NCBI GenBank assembly: GCA_002633005.1
Contig: NMRA01000258.1
Coordinates: forward strand, 393,126-457,125
Source: Phoronis australis
Lineage: Eukaryota; Animalia; Phoronida
DNA: 64,000 nt
Direction: 5' to 3'
Below are positions 33,268 to 46,921 of the stretch, in pieces (positions within the stretch are counted from its first letter, which is position 1; every line of letters begins with the position of its first letter). The position numbers were made by a program, and so were the translations under genes. The notes below the pieces were generated by a model. That model saw only the letters and a list, made by a program, of their open reading frames with translations, was not told where the DNA came from and ran no database searches.

Positions 33268-36200
33268 GGTGTTGGGCGACGACTGTAGCAGACATCAGCC
33301 ACTTGCGACAGTCCCGTGGCATGTGATCAGTGGTACATTGATAGCAAGCACAGACAAGAACGGTTCAACCAACTACTGACATGAGAGACTGCTGTAAAGT
33401 CTTGCCTGGCTTCTACTGCATCTTGTTGGCTTTATACTCAGCCCACTACAATGAAAACAATTAATTAATTAAAAACTTTATGTAAACCATGATAGCAAGT
33501 ACTAAAGTGGAGTACTGACTACCACGCCCATTCAAAGTTTAGCCAAAACTATAACACGAATACATTAACTAACCACAAGATGGCATGCAAACACATGTTC
33601 AAAATAACCTATACTCAGACATAAAAAACTATCTTGGCAACTGCTCGGATGAATAATTTAAAGTCTACTTACATTTATAAAATTGATTCGTCTACAAAAT
33701 AACAAACACATTACAAGTACTACTGTGGTACAGACAACTTCTGCAAATAAACTATTCCTGTCACAAAGTTCCTTTAATCTAAATTATCGCCTCCCACATA
33801 TGGTATATTAACAAAATGAAGTGAGTCAAGTGAATACCTAATTTTCAATAAAGACCTTACATAATTTTCACACAAGACAGTCTTACGAAAACAAGTTACC
33901 TAACTCTCAAACTATCATGTATTAAAAAACTAGCATCACAAAACAGGTGAACGAGCAAAGTGATTTAAACAAAGTTACACATACTTGGACTGTGTCTCTC
34001 AGTTCTTACGGTATTCAACTTATACCAGATATAGCAGAACCACCTGCATAACTGGACTGTAGTGAAGGCTTGGGCCAGCTGGGTGTTGACTACAACCAAC
34101 TGGTCCAAATCATGTGTGGAATGATAACACAGTGAACTGAACCTGCCAAGCCTACAGTTATAGATCATAACCAATGAAAAATGTTATCTCAGCTAAATTC
34201 CAAAGGTACCATAACGACTGCTTCAGCATCACATGCACAGTTTATCCCAACCGTAACTCTAAGTTGTGAGAAACCTCATCACTCGAGGCTGCATAAAATA
34301 CCTACCAGACTGGCTTTATGATTCAGTTATGTTAGTTTAATGGAAAGTTATGCCACAAAAAATATAATGTTACATTCACTATGTCAGTACGTTGCTAAAC
34401 TGAATACTTCACCCACCCACCAAATACCTAACTGGGACAGAACTTGACCATGACTGTGTACACAGACTACCTTGAGCAGCACTCTATTTTCATACTGTTT
34501 CCATAAATAATCTCATTGGATAAACCCCAGCAATCTTCAAATAAGTAAAACATTGCAACTCATCAACATCAGAACATGAATGAAAGAATAACATAAACAA
34601 TGGAGAAACTAGAGTGATGTTAGGTGCAAAGTGATTTACGAGTTGAGACCTCTTAAAAGTACTATATAGTCACAACTGATAAGATTGACAATCACCCAAA
34701 AACTGAGCACAAGGTATCAAAAAGCCAAATAAGAACAATATGATAACAGAAACGAGATATTTTTCAAAAAATCGTGACTTAGATATCATTCTACTAGCAC
34801 AACAATAGTCAACAACGAGCAGCTTCCTAATTAAACATGTGAAGACTGCTTGGTCTAAAACAGACTCTAAAAACTGTGTTTAAGTACATCCAAGATAGCA
34901 ACTGTGCCTCAGTAGACACAGGCACCTTTTTGTTCACTGAATCATAATCAACCACACTGTTCTATCAACCTTCAACATTCTCATCATCATGCTATGTTGT
35001 GAAATGCAACTGTGTGACTCATTTTCAGGTCTACATTCTCTCTTGACTACAAGAGGAAGCACTTGCCATTTAACAGGAACACTGTGTAATAGAACTGGAG
35101 ATATTCAGACTAACAATGGCAAGATTCAGGAACTATTACCAGCGGCGGATCATATACGAGAACAAAGAGGCTATGTCATCATCAACAGGGGGCAGTCTCT
35201 CACACACAGTCACCATCTCACATTCAGCGGATAACTCACTCATGAGACAACAATCTCCAGCAACTCCAGCACCTCTTCCAGCACTTCTGGCCATCGTGGT
35301 CATTTTCTTGCCAATTTCAATACTTAACACCGGCGTTGGTTTTTAATTATTTTTTCAACAAGAGGAACGCTTCAGATCGACTAATTGTGTACGGGCTGCA
35401 GAGGTAATGGCCAAATACTGTTCTCTTCAGGACAAAATCTTATCTGCCAACTTTTATGATGGTCCTTCATCAAATCTGGCAGACACTGAGGTTAATTCAG
35501 AAAATAAAACCGCGACTAGTCAAAATTGTCCTTCATACGGTATTTCGTGACAATTCTTCACCAAACTTGACAAATGAGGTAGGCGCAAAAAGTATCACAG
35601 GGGGCAATGAGGTTTTCATATTTGTCAGAAAATCAACATTAGCCAACAGTCAACACGAAAATCTCTTAAATTTCATGTAAACCTTTAAGCTGGTCTCCCA
35701 ACAAAAACATGCAGTGAGCTTTGGCCTCTTGATTACCAACCTAGACATTATATGCAAACAATAAGAGGTGTACATTCCTATTTAGAAATACTTAACAAGA
35801 CCAAGACTTCACAGAAAATTATCAAACTTCAACTATTGCTGCTTTCCACTCAGACGTTACAAAATGATACCAGTTCATTGCATGCCTTTATTCAAGAACC
35901 TCCCTTACACATTTTCAACCAAACAGTAAAAAAATAATCAGTGGGAGAAGCAGCCAAATACCAACTTGATTCACAGACATACCTTACCTTAGCCAATATT
36001 TAAGAGAGGATTTAGTTAAGGAATTTAACTTCATTGCGCTTTCTGTGTGATGGGACAAAGCTAAACTCCACATGAATCAAATCACATCATACCCTAACTT
36101 GAGAGCACTCAATTACAAATTCCTGAGTGATGACCAAAGCTCCCCCTGTGTGTGGGCGTGTGTAATCGTAACACCAATCACTTCAGAAAAGTTGACTGTT

Positions 36201-36424
36201 CAGATTGTCCCCTCATTCACACACTGACAAGACGAACAAAATTGCATTACATGAAGCAAGCAGAGGCCGTATTTCATATTTGCTGAGAGAAACTGTAACA
36301 CAATACTTTGCATAAGCCACTTGAAACACTTTAATCAAGTATGAATGCTACAGAACATCACATAGAGCATTCCTGATAAGTAGTGTGAAGAAAAGCAGCA
36401 CCTTTGCTTTAATGAAACATTATG

Positions 36425-36764
36425 AAGTTATGTTCACATGAGTTACCCTAGAAAAACTCGCCCCAGTCACTTGACTGCCCAGCTTGCACTTAGCAACAAA
36501 TATGGAGCAAACAGGATTAGACTCCCAATAGTATGTAACTAGGCAAGTGTGCAGCTGGTATAATTACTTCCGCCATGCAGGTTTGCGTCCACACAATGAC
36601 CAGGTGCTGAGGCAAGTTACCCCAAAACAAATTACCCTGCGTGGATATTGTGAGTAAGTTGTCACAGGTGTGTCAAGTTCCCCCAGCACAAATAGCGTCC
36701 ACACTGCTACTGAACCTAGAGACAACTTCTTTCCAGGAGTAACTCGTGGTGTGGACAGAGCTTA
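36425..36764. mobile_element. Degenerate Harbinger-like MITE (gtccacac motifs)
   Basis: Right end gtgtggacagagc followed by tta, internal gcgtccacac repeats, and a weak inverted match at the left end. Confidence 0.3.
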
Positions 36765-37885
36765 CACGACTTATTGACTACGGTACTTTCAAGACATCTG
36801 CAGACCTGGACAAGTTCATGAAATTTATAATGGCATCAAAAAGCGCATTCCACCAAATACCCACTTTAAAGTAAAACAGTGGACTGTGCATCCTACTTCC
36901 TTATCTCTGTGATTGCTTACCGTAGTCAAATAAACACAACATATAGCCACGATGTGAATGTGAAATAGGTTGAAAACAGCCAGATGTCTTTAAGAAAGAG
37001 TTTTGTAACGAAAATGATTCGCCGCAAATCACTGAACCGTGTCTAGTAAGTATCGTTTCGGTTTCGTGGTGTTGGGGAATAACGCTGCATGATGGCTATG
37101 TGAGCCCCCAAGGTACATCATAAGTGCAAAGGTCACCTATTGGCAGATTTTTTGTTTACGCATTTACAAGTTATCAATAAATGTTTTACAGCACTTTGTT
37201 TATAGCATAGTTTATGTTAAAACAGCATTGTCCCTTAGTTCCCGCTATGCATCAGCATAGTTAGGCGCATCCAAATCTTTAACCATTACCTGTTAAAACA
37301 ATAGACCCGGACTTTTTAGATATTCAAGTGACATCAATAAGCAATTATTACATTCAAGAACTCACCTGAGGAGACAGGTACCACTGTCTTCTGAAAGTTT
37401 GAAAGGGGATTTTCCAAAGCAAAAAATAGTAGGCTACGGGATTCCCATGACTGACTTTCTTGGTCAATACTCTCCACCTGCAGTACACTGATCCACAACC
37501 TGTTCTACACATCAGAGATGTGACACCTGGTTAACTTCAGCACTTAAAACAGTCTGATACTGAAGGTAGCTGGTGACGAGAATCATACACCATGTTTTTG
37601 CTATTTTCAGAGGGTAATGAGGCCAGTATTTCACCCCAAAATCGGGGCATCAAGGTCACTGAACTAGTTTGTAACCAACTACCAACACTTCCTGAATATT
37701 TCATCAAAATCTGTCCTTATGGTACAGTAGAATCTCACCTAATTTCAGACAAAAAATGATAAAAGTTATTGCTGAAATTGAGCCTTTTCCATTTTCAAGG
37801 GCTTCTAACATTATTGAAAGTGACCCTATTTTTCAAAAATGTTTTCTTTTGATAGCTATGGTGAAGAACATGGATATGACACAGC

Positions 37886-38003
37886 ATCATTCTGCTATTG
37901 TATCATTCTGCTATTGTATCATTCTGCTGTTGTATCATTCTGCTATTGTATCATTCTGCTGTTGTATCATTCTGCTATTGTATCATTCTGCTATTGTATC
38001 ATT
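37886..38003. repeat. 16-bp minisatellite (tcattctgctattgta), ~7 copies
   Basis: Visible tandem copies. Confidence 0.93.
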
Positions 38004-38907
38004 CATGAAAATAAGAGAAAATGAAATTTTACCATGTCCAAAATTGGTGAGACGTTACCAAAACCTTTCAGTGTTGAACTACCATAGATATATTTCAACC
38101 ATCTACCAATGCATATTAATATGGAAAGCAGAAAAAACTCTGTTTTTTCAAACATGGCTGAAGATTTATAAACATGGCTCAGGAATATTTAAAAAGTACC
38201 GAGCTCCATATGTTGAACTGAGAGAATTCTACCTAATTTTATCATTTTACTGAAAAATTACAGTGACATGCTAAACAAGTGAGTCATAATACAAAAATGT
38301 AAATGAAAATGTAACCACAGTAACAATGTACAAAGTTGCACAACACAAAAACCTGGCGTGCAGTTTCACTCATGTTTGGACTTTTGCCAAGGGAAAAACC
38401 CTGTATTCACAGGCACTAAACCCATAGGAGATTTGAATAAAGATGAACAAGGAAAGGGCTGTGAAACATACATTGACAAAACATGCTTGAAGATGACAGA
38501 GATGATGGTCATCACCATCACAACAATAACTTTAAAAAAATGGCGCTGCCCGGCAAAGTTTTTTCAAATTATAACACAATATGGCTGAACACTGACAAAA
38601 TGTTTTTTCAAAATTTTCAACAAAAAGAAACAGGAAAACTTGACTTCATCATTTCCAAAGTTTCTATTGAACAACTGTTATCAAGCGACACATAATGAAA
38701 TCCGAGTATTTGTCACAATACAGTTAGCTTTTGAAAGTTGGAAAATGTCGATTTTGGCAATTATTTTTGTTCGAATTTTAGTGAACTTTATATGTAAAAT
38801 CACTTTGCATCCATTTTCAACTAACAGAAATAGGCTTCAGGATGCCCACAGGATGGCATTTGCCCAAATTTGAGAGATGAGAAAATGTGTCCCATGGTAT
38901 GTATCTT

Positions 38908-39272
38908 GTGAACAACTAACAAAGGTATCACAGCCATATGGCTACGGTAAACATTGAACAAATGATGAACAACTAACACAGAGAAATTACAGCCACATGG
39001 CTATGCTAAACATTGAGCAAATGTTGAACAACTAACACAGATAAATCACAGCCGCATGGCTATCGTAAATCTTGAAGAACAAAGAGAAATCCCAGCCACA
39101 TTACTGTGATAATCAAAGGATGAACAACTAACACAGAGAAATCACACCCATATGGTTACCTAAACGTTGAAAAAACATTGAACTGAAAGGGAAATTACAG
39201 TCACATGGCTACCTTGATCAAAGGGTGAACAACTGACACAGAGAAGTTGCAGCCATATGGCTATGGTAAACT
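38908..39272. repeat. Degenerate ~50-60-bp tandem repeat (tgaacaactaacacagagaaatcacagccatatggcta)
   Basis: About 6-7 diverged units. Confidence 0.75.
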
Positions 39273-40065
39273 CTGCAGCTTAGTCCACATCGTGGTGAGT
39301 AAAGAAAATTGTCAAATCGAGTAAAAAACCCTTTTTACTGCAGTGCAATATACCTACAATAAAATTAAAAGTTATGTAAAGACCCCAGGGAAAATGTCCA
39401 CATTTGACTAACTTCCAGATATAATACCTCAGAAATGGCTGTTCAGATTCCTATGAAACTCTCACATTCTATGGTTCATGCACAGTTCAAGGTCAACAAC
39501 TGCAGCTTTTAAAATGCATGAAGGATATGATAAAATGCGACTTTAATGATTTTTCTTAAAAAAATCAAAAAGTTGCGTGAAAAGAAAATGAAACGGTAAC
39601 CTAGAAAATTGAGCATTTTTCAGAATTCATCTTGTACATGTATAGAACATGAAATTTGGTCGTGTTAGTGACCCCGTCTTTTTGATATCAAAGGAACTTT
39701 TTCTGCTCTTTTTATCTAAACACATGGTCATGTTATACAATTAGGGACAGTTTATTAATTCTATAGGCTTTCCACTTTCAGAAAATACATACTTTCACTA
39801 AATTAAAATCTACAGTTTTGTATATATTTGACTAAATTCACAGACATGTCAATAGGATCCTATATAATCTTAAATGAAATTCTTAATATTTTGGTGATGT
39901 TTAGCTTCTGAAGATGAAAAATTGAAGTTCTGGCTATTATTATTATGTAAAATTGGAATATAGTTTGTTATAACATACTAATACAAAGTCTTAGCAGTCT
40001 TAATCTTTCACTATGGCAAAGTTGAACATGTACTATGAAGTATGTAAACAACAGTGTATGTACAC

Positions 40066-40077
40066 TATATATATACC

Positions 40078-40108
<31 letters not shown>
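40066..40108. repeat. (TA)n microsatellite
   Basis: Run of TA dinucleotides. Confidence 0.9.
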
Positions 40109-40111
<3 letters not shown>

Positions 40112-40815
40112 ACCACTTCTAGGAAATGCCTTTTGTAGTTCCTCAGGCGTAAAAATCATGTGACAATCAAAACCAGCGGTTGAACTGTCTTGGTGTATCA
40201 TTGGAGGGACAGATTTTTAACTCTTAAGAATTCAACCAGAACCACATTCATTTTAATTCTCTTTGATTTGCAAGACAATTATCCACTTCATGTGGCCTGT
40301 GCTGTGAGAAGTCCAAGCTTGCAAGCAGGATAATATAATGCACAGGACCTCAGATGTAGAGTAGAAACAGAGTTCGGGCAGACATAAGAAAGGTTGCTTC
40401 TGGTGTCATTTTTCGCGAACAAGTCTTCATACATATTCTAACTTTATACCAACATTGAAAGAAATTTAACTTAAGCACTCATTTCTCAATTATAAGACCA
40501 TCCCAAACATATCAGCTTTGTAACGGAAGCTTTAAGCCCCCTAGCAAAATGCTTTCTAATGCACAGATTTGGGCTAGTTCAACGCCACAGTTCCCGCAGT
40601 CAAACGGACAGACACCTTATTGGGTACTAGGTTCACAAGAGTGGCAAAAGCGCTAGTGTTTTAGGCAGACAGAAGAGATGCCAACGAAGGGGTAAATTTC
40701 ACCAGAAGTTTGTTTCCTCAACACAAAAACCGGTGTCGAAACATGTTCAATCTCTTAACATAAATAGATTGACGTAACGATATAACGAAGGTCTCTTTCC
40801 TCTGCAAATGTGTAT

Positions 40816-40889
40816 GTACCCTTTGAAGTAAGTGTTCCCACTTCAAAAGTGTGTACCCTTTGAAGTAAGTGTTCCCACTTCAAAAGTGT
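40816..40889. repeat. Two-copy 37-bp direct repeat, each unit with a tttgaagt/acttcaaa hairpin
   Basis: gtaccctttgaagtaagtgttcccacttcaaaagtgt occurs twice in tandem. Confidence 0.85.
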
Positions 40890-40985
40890 TAACGAAAATG
40901 CGAGTAGTTTTGGTGTTACTCAAACCTCCTGCAACGAGTTGCAAACCTGACCTATGCAGCAGTTCACATTAGTAACGTGTTTAAA

Positions 40986-41625
40986 GTGTTTTCTCTATTA
41001 TTAGTTTGTACACTAGTGTACGAACTATTTTTCCCTTTAAAGCTTCGTGTACGAATTAATAGACGAAATAGGCTGTATGAACTATTAGAGAAGAAAGTCG
41101 AGTATTCGAATTATTAGAGATAAAGATCGCCGATAACAACGAGTACAACGACAGCCTCTGAGATGGTGGTTTGGCAATGTGAATTATAACAACAAGTAAC
41201 AAATTATTTTCCCGGGTGATGGATTTACTTCAAAATATAATACTTGAACTCTTTGTCACTTTATTTTATTCTGGAAATGCCATTTGGTGACACACTGGAA
41301 AATCTTATCGCTATTTCCACATTTTCTGTTGCAAAAAATGTCAATTTGAAAAACGACTTTTCGAGCTCTATGCTAGCGTAGTAAAGCAAATAACGGATTC
41401 CGGTCACCTGAATAGAATTGGCGCTTACTGATTTGTGTTCTTTTATAAGAATGAAAATTTCCATTTTACCGATCCAAAAAGCTTGTACGAATTATTTTTT
41501 CCGACGCAAATATGTACGAACTATTTTTCCCTCGGACACCTACTGTATGAACTATTGGAGACAAACAGCATGTTTCAAGGGTCCTGTACGAACTAATAGA
41601 GTGTACGAATTAATAGAGAAAACAC
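40986..41625. mobile_element. TIR element with multiple gtacgaa[c/t]ta subterminal repeats
   Basis: Inverted ends gtgttttctctatta / taatagagaaaacac, and ~9 copies of a tgtacgaa[c/t]ta-like motif near the two ends. Confidence 0.65.
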
Positions 41626-42736
41626 CGGACTGGCTTTTTGCAGCTAACGAAAGTGCAAGAAAAAGCACAAGCATTATAGCCAGCATTAGATCTGGTTAAC
41701 GGTCTATGCGGAGGCTATCATTTTTTGTAAAAAACTTGAATTACACTCCACACTAGGATTCCAGTTTTTCACCAGAACCACACAGAGCTAGCATGCTATG
41801 CAATGAAACAGGTCCATGTAACATGGACAGAACTTTGTGCTCCTATGACATCAGTTGTTAAGGTAGACACTTTCTGCTCTAAAACAGCAAAGTTTCATGT
41901 CTTGTTGAACCATTACTATAGTCTATGGTTGAACACTACCCCAGTGCACCTGAACCAGTGTTAAGCTATTCCCAAGCTCACGCAACAGCTTAAACATACT
42001 ACATAGAAACTTTGAAAACTGTTACCATTTCCAAGAAACAATTACAAAAACTACAGCAATCCACTATAATTATGTGCCACAAATCAAACCACAGATCTCT
42101 GTCTTGTGCGGAAACTTGTCATGACAACAGCCATCAACACCAACACAGAAATAAAGCGTCTCTCAGTTACAAGCAAGCAAATGAAGAAAGAAAGCCCCCC
42201 TCCCCCCATGTATTATACATCACATGCTCTCGCCAAGACCACTGGTCTTTACTGGATCAGATGCAAGAGGATGGCAGTGCTGACCAGAAGAATCAGTAGA
42301 TGATCTGCAAACATCAAGGATAGACAAGAGCGACCCAGATATGTATGAATGAAGCAACCAGAACTGATCCAGGGCTCAATAAATGCCTGATGTTGTGAGG
42401 TCACTGACCTCTGTCATAGGTACATGTCCAGACTAGAATCATTTACAATCAGTGGACATAAGCTTTACCTACATGATACAATTGTGGTACATAATTGTGG
42501 GACTATGCCATGATTATGGTGCAAGACACTGTAAATTGAATTGATGCTATTTTGGGGAGCCTGGTATTGTTGGATAGGAGCAGTCATGGTTCACCTCAGT
42601 GCACAGTATTGTTTGAGTGATCCACCTAACCCTTTCTTATTTCTTAAGGCTTATCTATAACTGACAAAACCAAACCTATGAGAAGTGGACTAATACCAAA
42701 AACCCTGCCAGGTTGGTAGTTTTTGATTTATCCTAA

Positions 42737-43148
42737 GGTTATCTAGGAGTATGACCTTAATAAACAACCTCAACTCTAAGTCAAATATCGAAAAAGAACT
42801 ATGCTTTGTCAACCATATTATAAGTATATATTCTCTGGAAGGAGGAAGATCAAGGATTCTAAAAATATGCTTCTTACTCTCTGTCGTTATTATTGTTAGA
42901 TGAAAACGATTTTTAATTTTTGCTTGTTCACTTTGTTCACGTTTTATGAAAAGTTAACTAGCAAGTTTTGCTATGAATGTACCTTTCTTGCACATAAAAT
43001 TTGACTTAATAAACTCATATTAGTAATACGCATATTTTTAAAATCCTCCATCTATCATCTTTCAGAAAATATATACTTTTAATTGTTGACAAAGCTTAGT
43101 TTTTCAATATTTGACTTAGAGTTGAGGTCATTTATTTCATAGATAACC
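42737..43148. mobile_element. Long-palindrome MITE (Kolobok-like)
   Basis: ~100-bp imperfect inverted arms (acctcaactctaagtcaaatat / atatttgacttagagttgaggt), ggttatcta termini, degenerate TTAA flanks. Confidence 0.65.
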
Positions 43149-43696
43149 TTGAGTGATTTTTTTGGCAAATTTTACCTTGATGCACGATAATTCAAATAGG
43201 TCATGGAAAACACTGAATGATGGCGGCATCTTTTTTCCAAACAGGTCACAATGTTTCCAACAGGGCGTTGACCATTCGTAAGTGCTGACAAACAGGTCAC
43301 AGTGACAAGTTAAAATAAATCTTAGTCACATGCCAAAAATAGCACGCAATGACTGAACAGCAAGCTCGTGAGTCTGTACGATTTGTCGAAGCAAAATCAG
43401 ACACGTTAGAAGTTATCCTGAAAAATTGTGTAGTAGCACCTGTCTACACGAGTGCTGTATACAATAACGAATATCTGACGGTGTACATACATAATTGTAG
43501 AGTATTCTACATCGCCCATAACTGCATTTTGCACACAAACCACTCTCCTCGCAGTTTTCCCACGTCTCTATATAGACTACATAGTCATCCCCACTTCTCT
43601 ATACAGACTACATAGTCATCTCCATTTCTGCCAAAAATCATCACATATTCACGATGTATTCAATCCTGTCATACCCAGTAGAGGAACGCTGGTTAG

Positions 43697-43855
43697 AGCT
43701 ACAATAGGTACCACCGAGCTACAATAGGTACCACCGAGCTACAATAGGTACCACCGAGCTACAATAGGTACCACCGAGCTACAATAGGTACCACCGAGCT
43801 ACAATAGGTACCACCGAGCTACAATAGGTACCACCGAGCTACAATAGGTACCACC
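43697..43855. repeat. 20-bp minisatellite (gagctacaataggtaccacc), 8 copies
   Basis: Perfect tandem copies. Confidence 0.96.
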
Positions 43856-44532
43856 CTAGGTACCGATTGGCTCCAGTTGCATGCAAATCATGCCACAAAG
43901 CTTTCATGATGGAAACATGCTAATAACAATGCATCTGTTTCTCCAATGTACAATGTATTTTCATCCAAAATATCACTAGATAAAAAACGTGACACCATAA
44001 AGACCATAGGTTTTAAATATTGATACCTATTAAGAAGTAAACATAGCATTAAAAGTAGTACTTTATATATCCAGACTTCGAACCTGCACATTTGTTTATT
44101 CATTTGATTTTGTTTATTTTTCATAATTCACAAATGATGAACAAGTCAAGTCAGTATATATAAATATCAAAACATGGTATATAAATACATTGATATGTTC
44201 TAGCGTTGATATTGCCATAACTAACAGTAATCCTGTAATTTCAGCGTCCTCTGCAAGAGATTGACGAATCTCCCTGTAGTTCAAACGCAACGCATTGGTT
44301 TTCAAATTCTACGCAAGCCAAATTCATCACCACAAAACTGAAAGTCGAGGCAGTGGAGAACACTGAATTAAGTCATCTAAATTATCCGTAGATGAGAACC
44401 AGTTGCTTCAGAGTAACGTCCATTATTCAGTAGAAGTAACTGAGTTTCAATAGCTGTGTTCAGGCCACCTAAACCCAGTTGTAACTGATAACTGTTCCGT
44501 AATTGATACCATTCATACTGACAGTTAAAAGG

Positions 44533-44716
44533 GTTGTAACCCTAGTTAGTGGTTTTAGTCGTCAGGTTGTCAGTGCTAGTTGTAACCCTAGTTAGTGGTT
44601 TTAGTCGTCAGGTTGTCAGTGCTAGTTGTAACCCTAGTTAGTGGTTTTAGTCGTCAGGTTGTCAGTGCTAGTTGTAACCCTAGTTAGTGGTTTTAGTCGT
44701 CAGGTTGTCAGTGCTA
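44533..44716. repeat. 46-bp tandem repeat, 4 copies
   Basis: Units start at 44533, 44579, 44625 and 44671. Confidence 0.96.
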
Positions 44717-44834
44717 ACTCTTTTCCACTTAGGTCAGTTTGTGCCTTGATGCACCTTTGTTTACAGAGAAATTTGACAGTAGCACCACCACCTACTGAAA
44801 TAACTTTTGGGACTGCTATGTTCAAACTGACTTA

Positions 44835-45155
44835 AGGCCCTTTCATACTAAAGTCGACGCATCGATGTTTTGGGAAGTTACGATCAGTATGAACGGTTAA
44901 CTTCGGTCCTGGATCGAAGTTAACAGTGCCAGTTAACTTCGCTGTAAACACGTGGATTTAGAATGTTTCCTAATTGTCACATAAAAATCTTTGCGTGCAC
45001 GCGATGCATCAGCACTACCTTGTGATTAGTTCAATGATGACAGCATCACCTGCCGTTAACTTCCAATGTCCGTTAACTACAGAATGGTTCATTTAACTTC
45101 ACAGTTTACATCAAAACTTTGCTCAGACCGGAGTTAAGTCTGTATAAAAGGGCCT
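44835..45155. mobile_element. Second PIF/Harbinger-type MITE family (AGGCCCTTT TIR)
   Basis: TIR aggccctttcatac / gtataaaagggcct, TTA on both flanks, internal gttaactt repeats. Confidence 0.75.
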
Positions 45156-46921
45156 TTACAATACTTATAATCACTTACCCTGAGAATAAAAAGTAATTCT
45201 GGAAATATTATTATCAAGTTACTAGATTTTGGACTCAATTTATACACAATAACAAATAGTTGGGCAGTTAATGTGTAGTTGGTTTGACTTCCATATAATT
45301 CAGACGAGACTAAAATGCATGGACCTCAGACTAAAGCAAGTTACAGCTTTTCCAGCACTGGTCGGATACAGGGGATCCTGATCAGAGAAACAGGCAATCA
45401 CTGCGGAATAACGGGCCCATTACTCAGTGGATTAACCTGTAGGTTTCTCTAAATCAGGTTCGATATCCGGCCAGTGCCGCTTTGCCAAGTTTTCAAAACA
45501 AAAAATCCAATTTAAGGTTAACCAATTACTTATGAAACAACTGTGTTGTTGCAGGGATTAGAAATTCCTTAGATTTTGCTGACTACAGAAACCTAACCCT
45601 CATTCATTTTAATGAAGTTTACTGCCTGTTTAGCTTTTAAGTCCAGTTTAGAATCACTAATGAACTTTGATTGTTCAGTTTTAGCTTTAATTGTCAACAA
45701 TGACAACAAAAAGGTGTGAAAGGAAATAAATTAACAATCTTTACCTATATTATCTTGAATACAACTTTACTATGCGCCATTGACAATGCCGGGCGAATGA
45801 ATCACCAGTCGTCGGTGTGTGTATGTGTGTGTGAGTTCCGATGTCAAACCGAGGCAATGCTACTCGTAAACTCAGCAGAGATCGACACCCTGTCACTTTC
45901 GACTGCTAGAATTTAGAATTATGCACAGAGAAGGTTAAGAGTACATACCCAAGCACTGTCCAGAGACACAGATCTCAATTTTGCTTCAGCTGAATTTTAC
46001 AAAAGCACACTCGATTTGCAAAAATATCAGATAATATTTGCTCATTTTTCGTGAACAGCACAATGGAAATAGCAGCTGCGCAGACGGAAGATGCGCATTA
46101 TCCGATTCCCTGGATATGACGTCAGATATGTCGGAAAGTGACAGATGTCGTCAGATAACTGCGCTGATATTCAATGGGTGGCGAGAACATTCAATGGAGG
46201 CTGACTTTTTAGAAACTTCTGGCCTCAACACTTTAGGATGCTTAGGATTCCATGTCGACGTGTGCACTCAGTAGGGTACAATGCAAAAATGCCGCAAATT
46301 CTGGCTGTCCACTGAGAGACTATATGGAAAGGCCCGCTGGTGGTAAAAGTGCTGCTGCCATACCTCAGTCAATTTGTGACGCTCATGTGTATTTGTTTGT
46401 ACCTTTATTTACATGTACCGCTCTGGCCACCAGTATTCGGACTTGGTCCAAAAATCCCCAACAAATGTTTATTGAAATTAAAAATACTGAAATGATAATA
46501 AATTACTGACCGTGACGACCACCGGTCGTTAGGGTACAATTCACTTTTAAAAGACTATACTAGGAGTGCTCCGAAAACCCCGAAAAAATATTTATTTTCT
46601 TGAAAAAAAATATAATGTTACTTCTTTGGTGAAGTCGACCAGTTTGTGCTACGTGTCACAGAATATAATTTGTGGCCCTTGCTAATTAATAGACAATAGA
46701 AAGAATGGATGATACTGAATCGACGATTACTCACTTAAGATAACAATGAAAATTGTTTTACCAGGTTGTACTTATATGCAAGTATCTTAAATTCTGCTAG
46801 CTCTAACCTCTACAAAGTACATATTTTCTGAAAGGTGAATAAATTTCCTATCAAAATTTATTATTCTTATTCGCTGATCTTTATTTTTTTAGTAAAAAAT
46901 TGACTTTGCATGCACACATGA

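Noticed and set aside
37756-38253. 165-aa hydrophobic ORF
   Set aside because: Its core is the 16-bp minisatellite and the remainder is AT-rich, non-coding-like sequence.
44533-44716. Interstitial telomeric repeat (taacccta)
   Set aside because: Only one telomere-like word per 46-bp unit, not a (TTAGGG)n tract.
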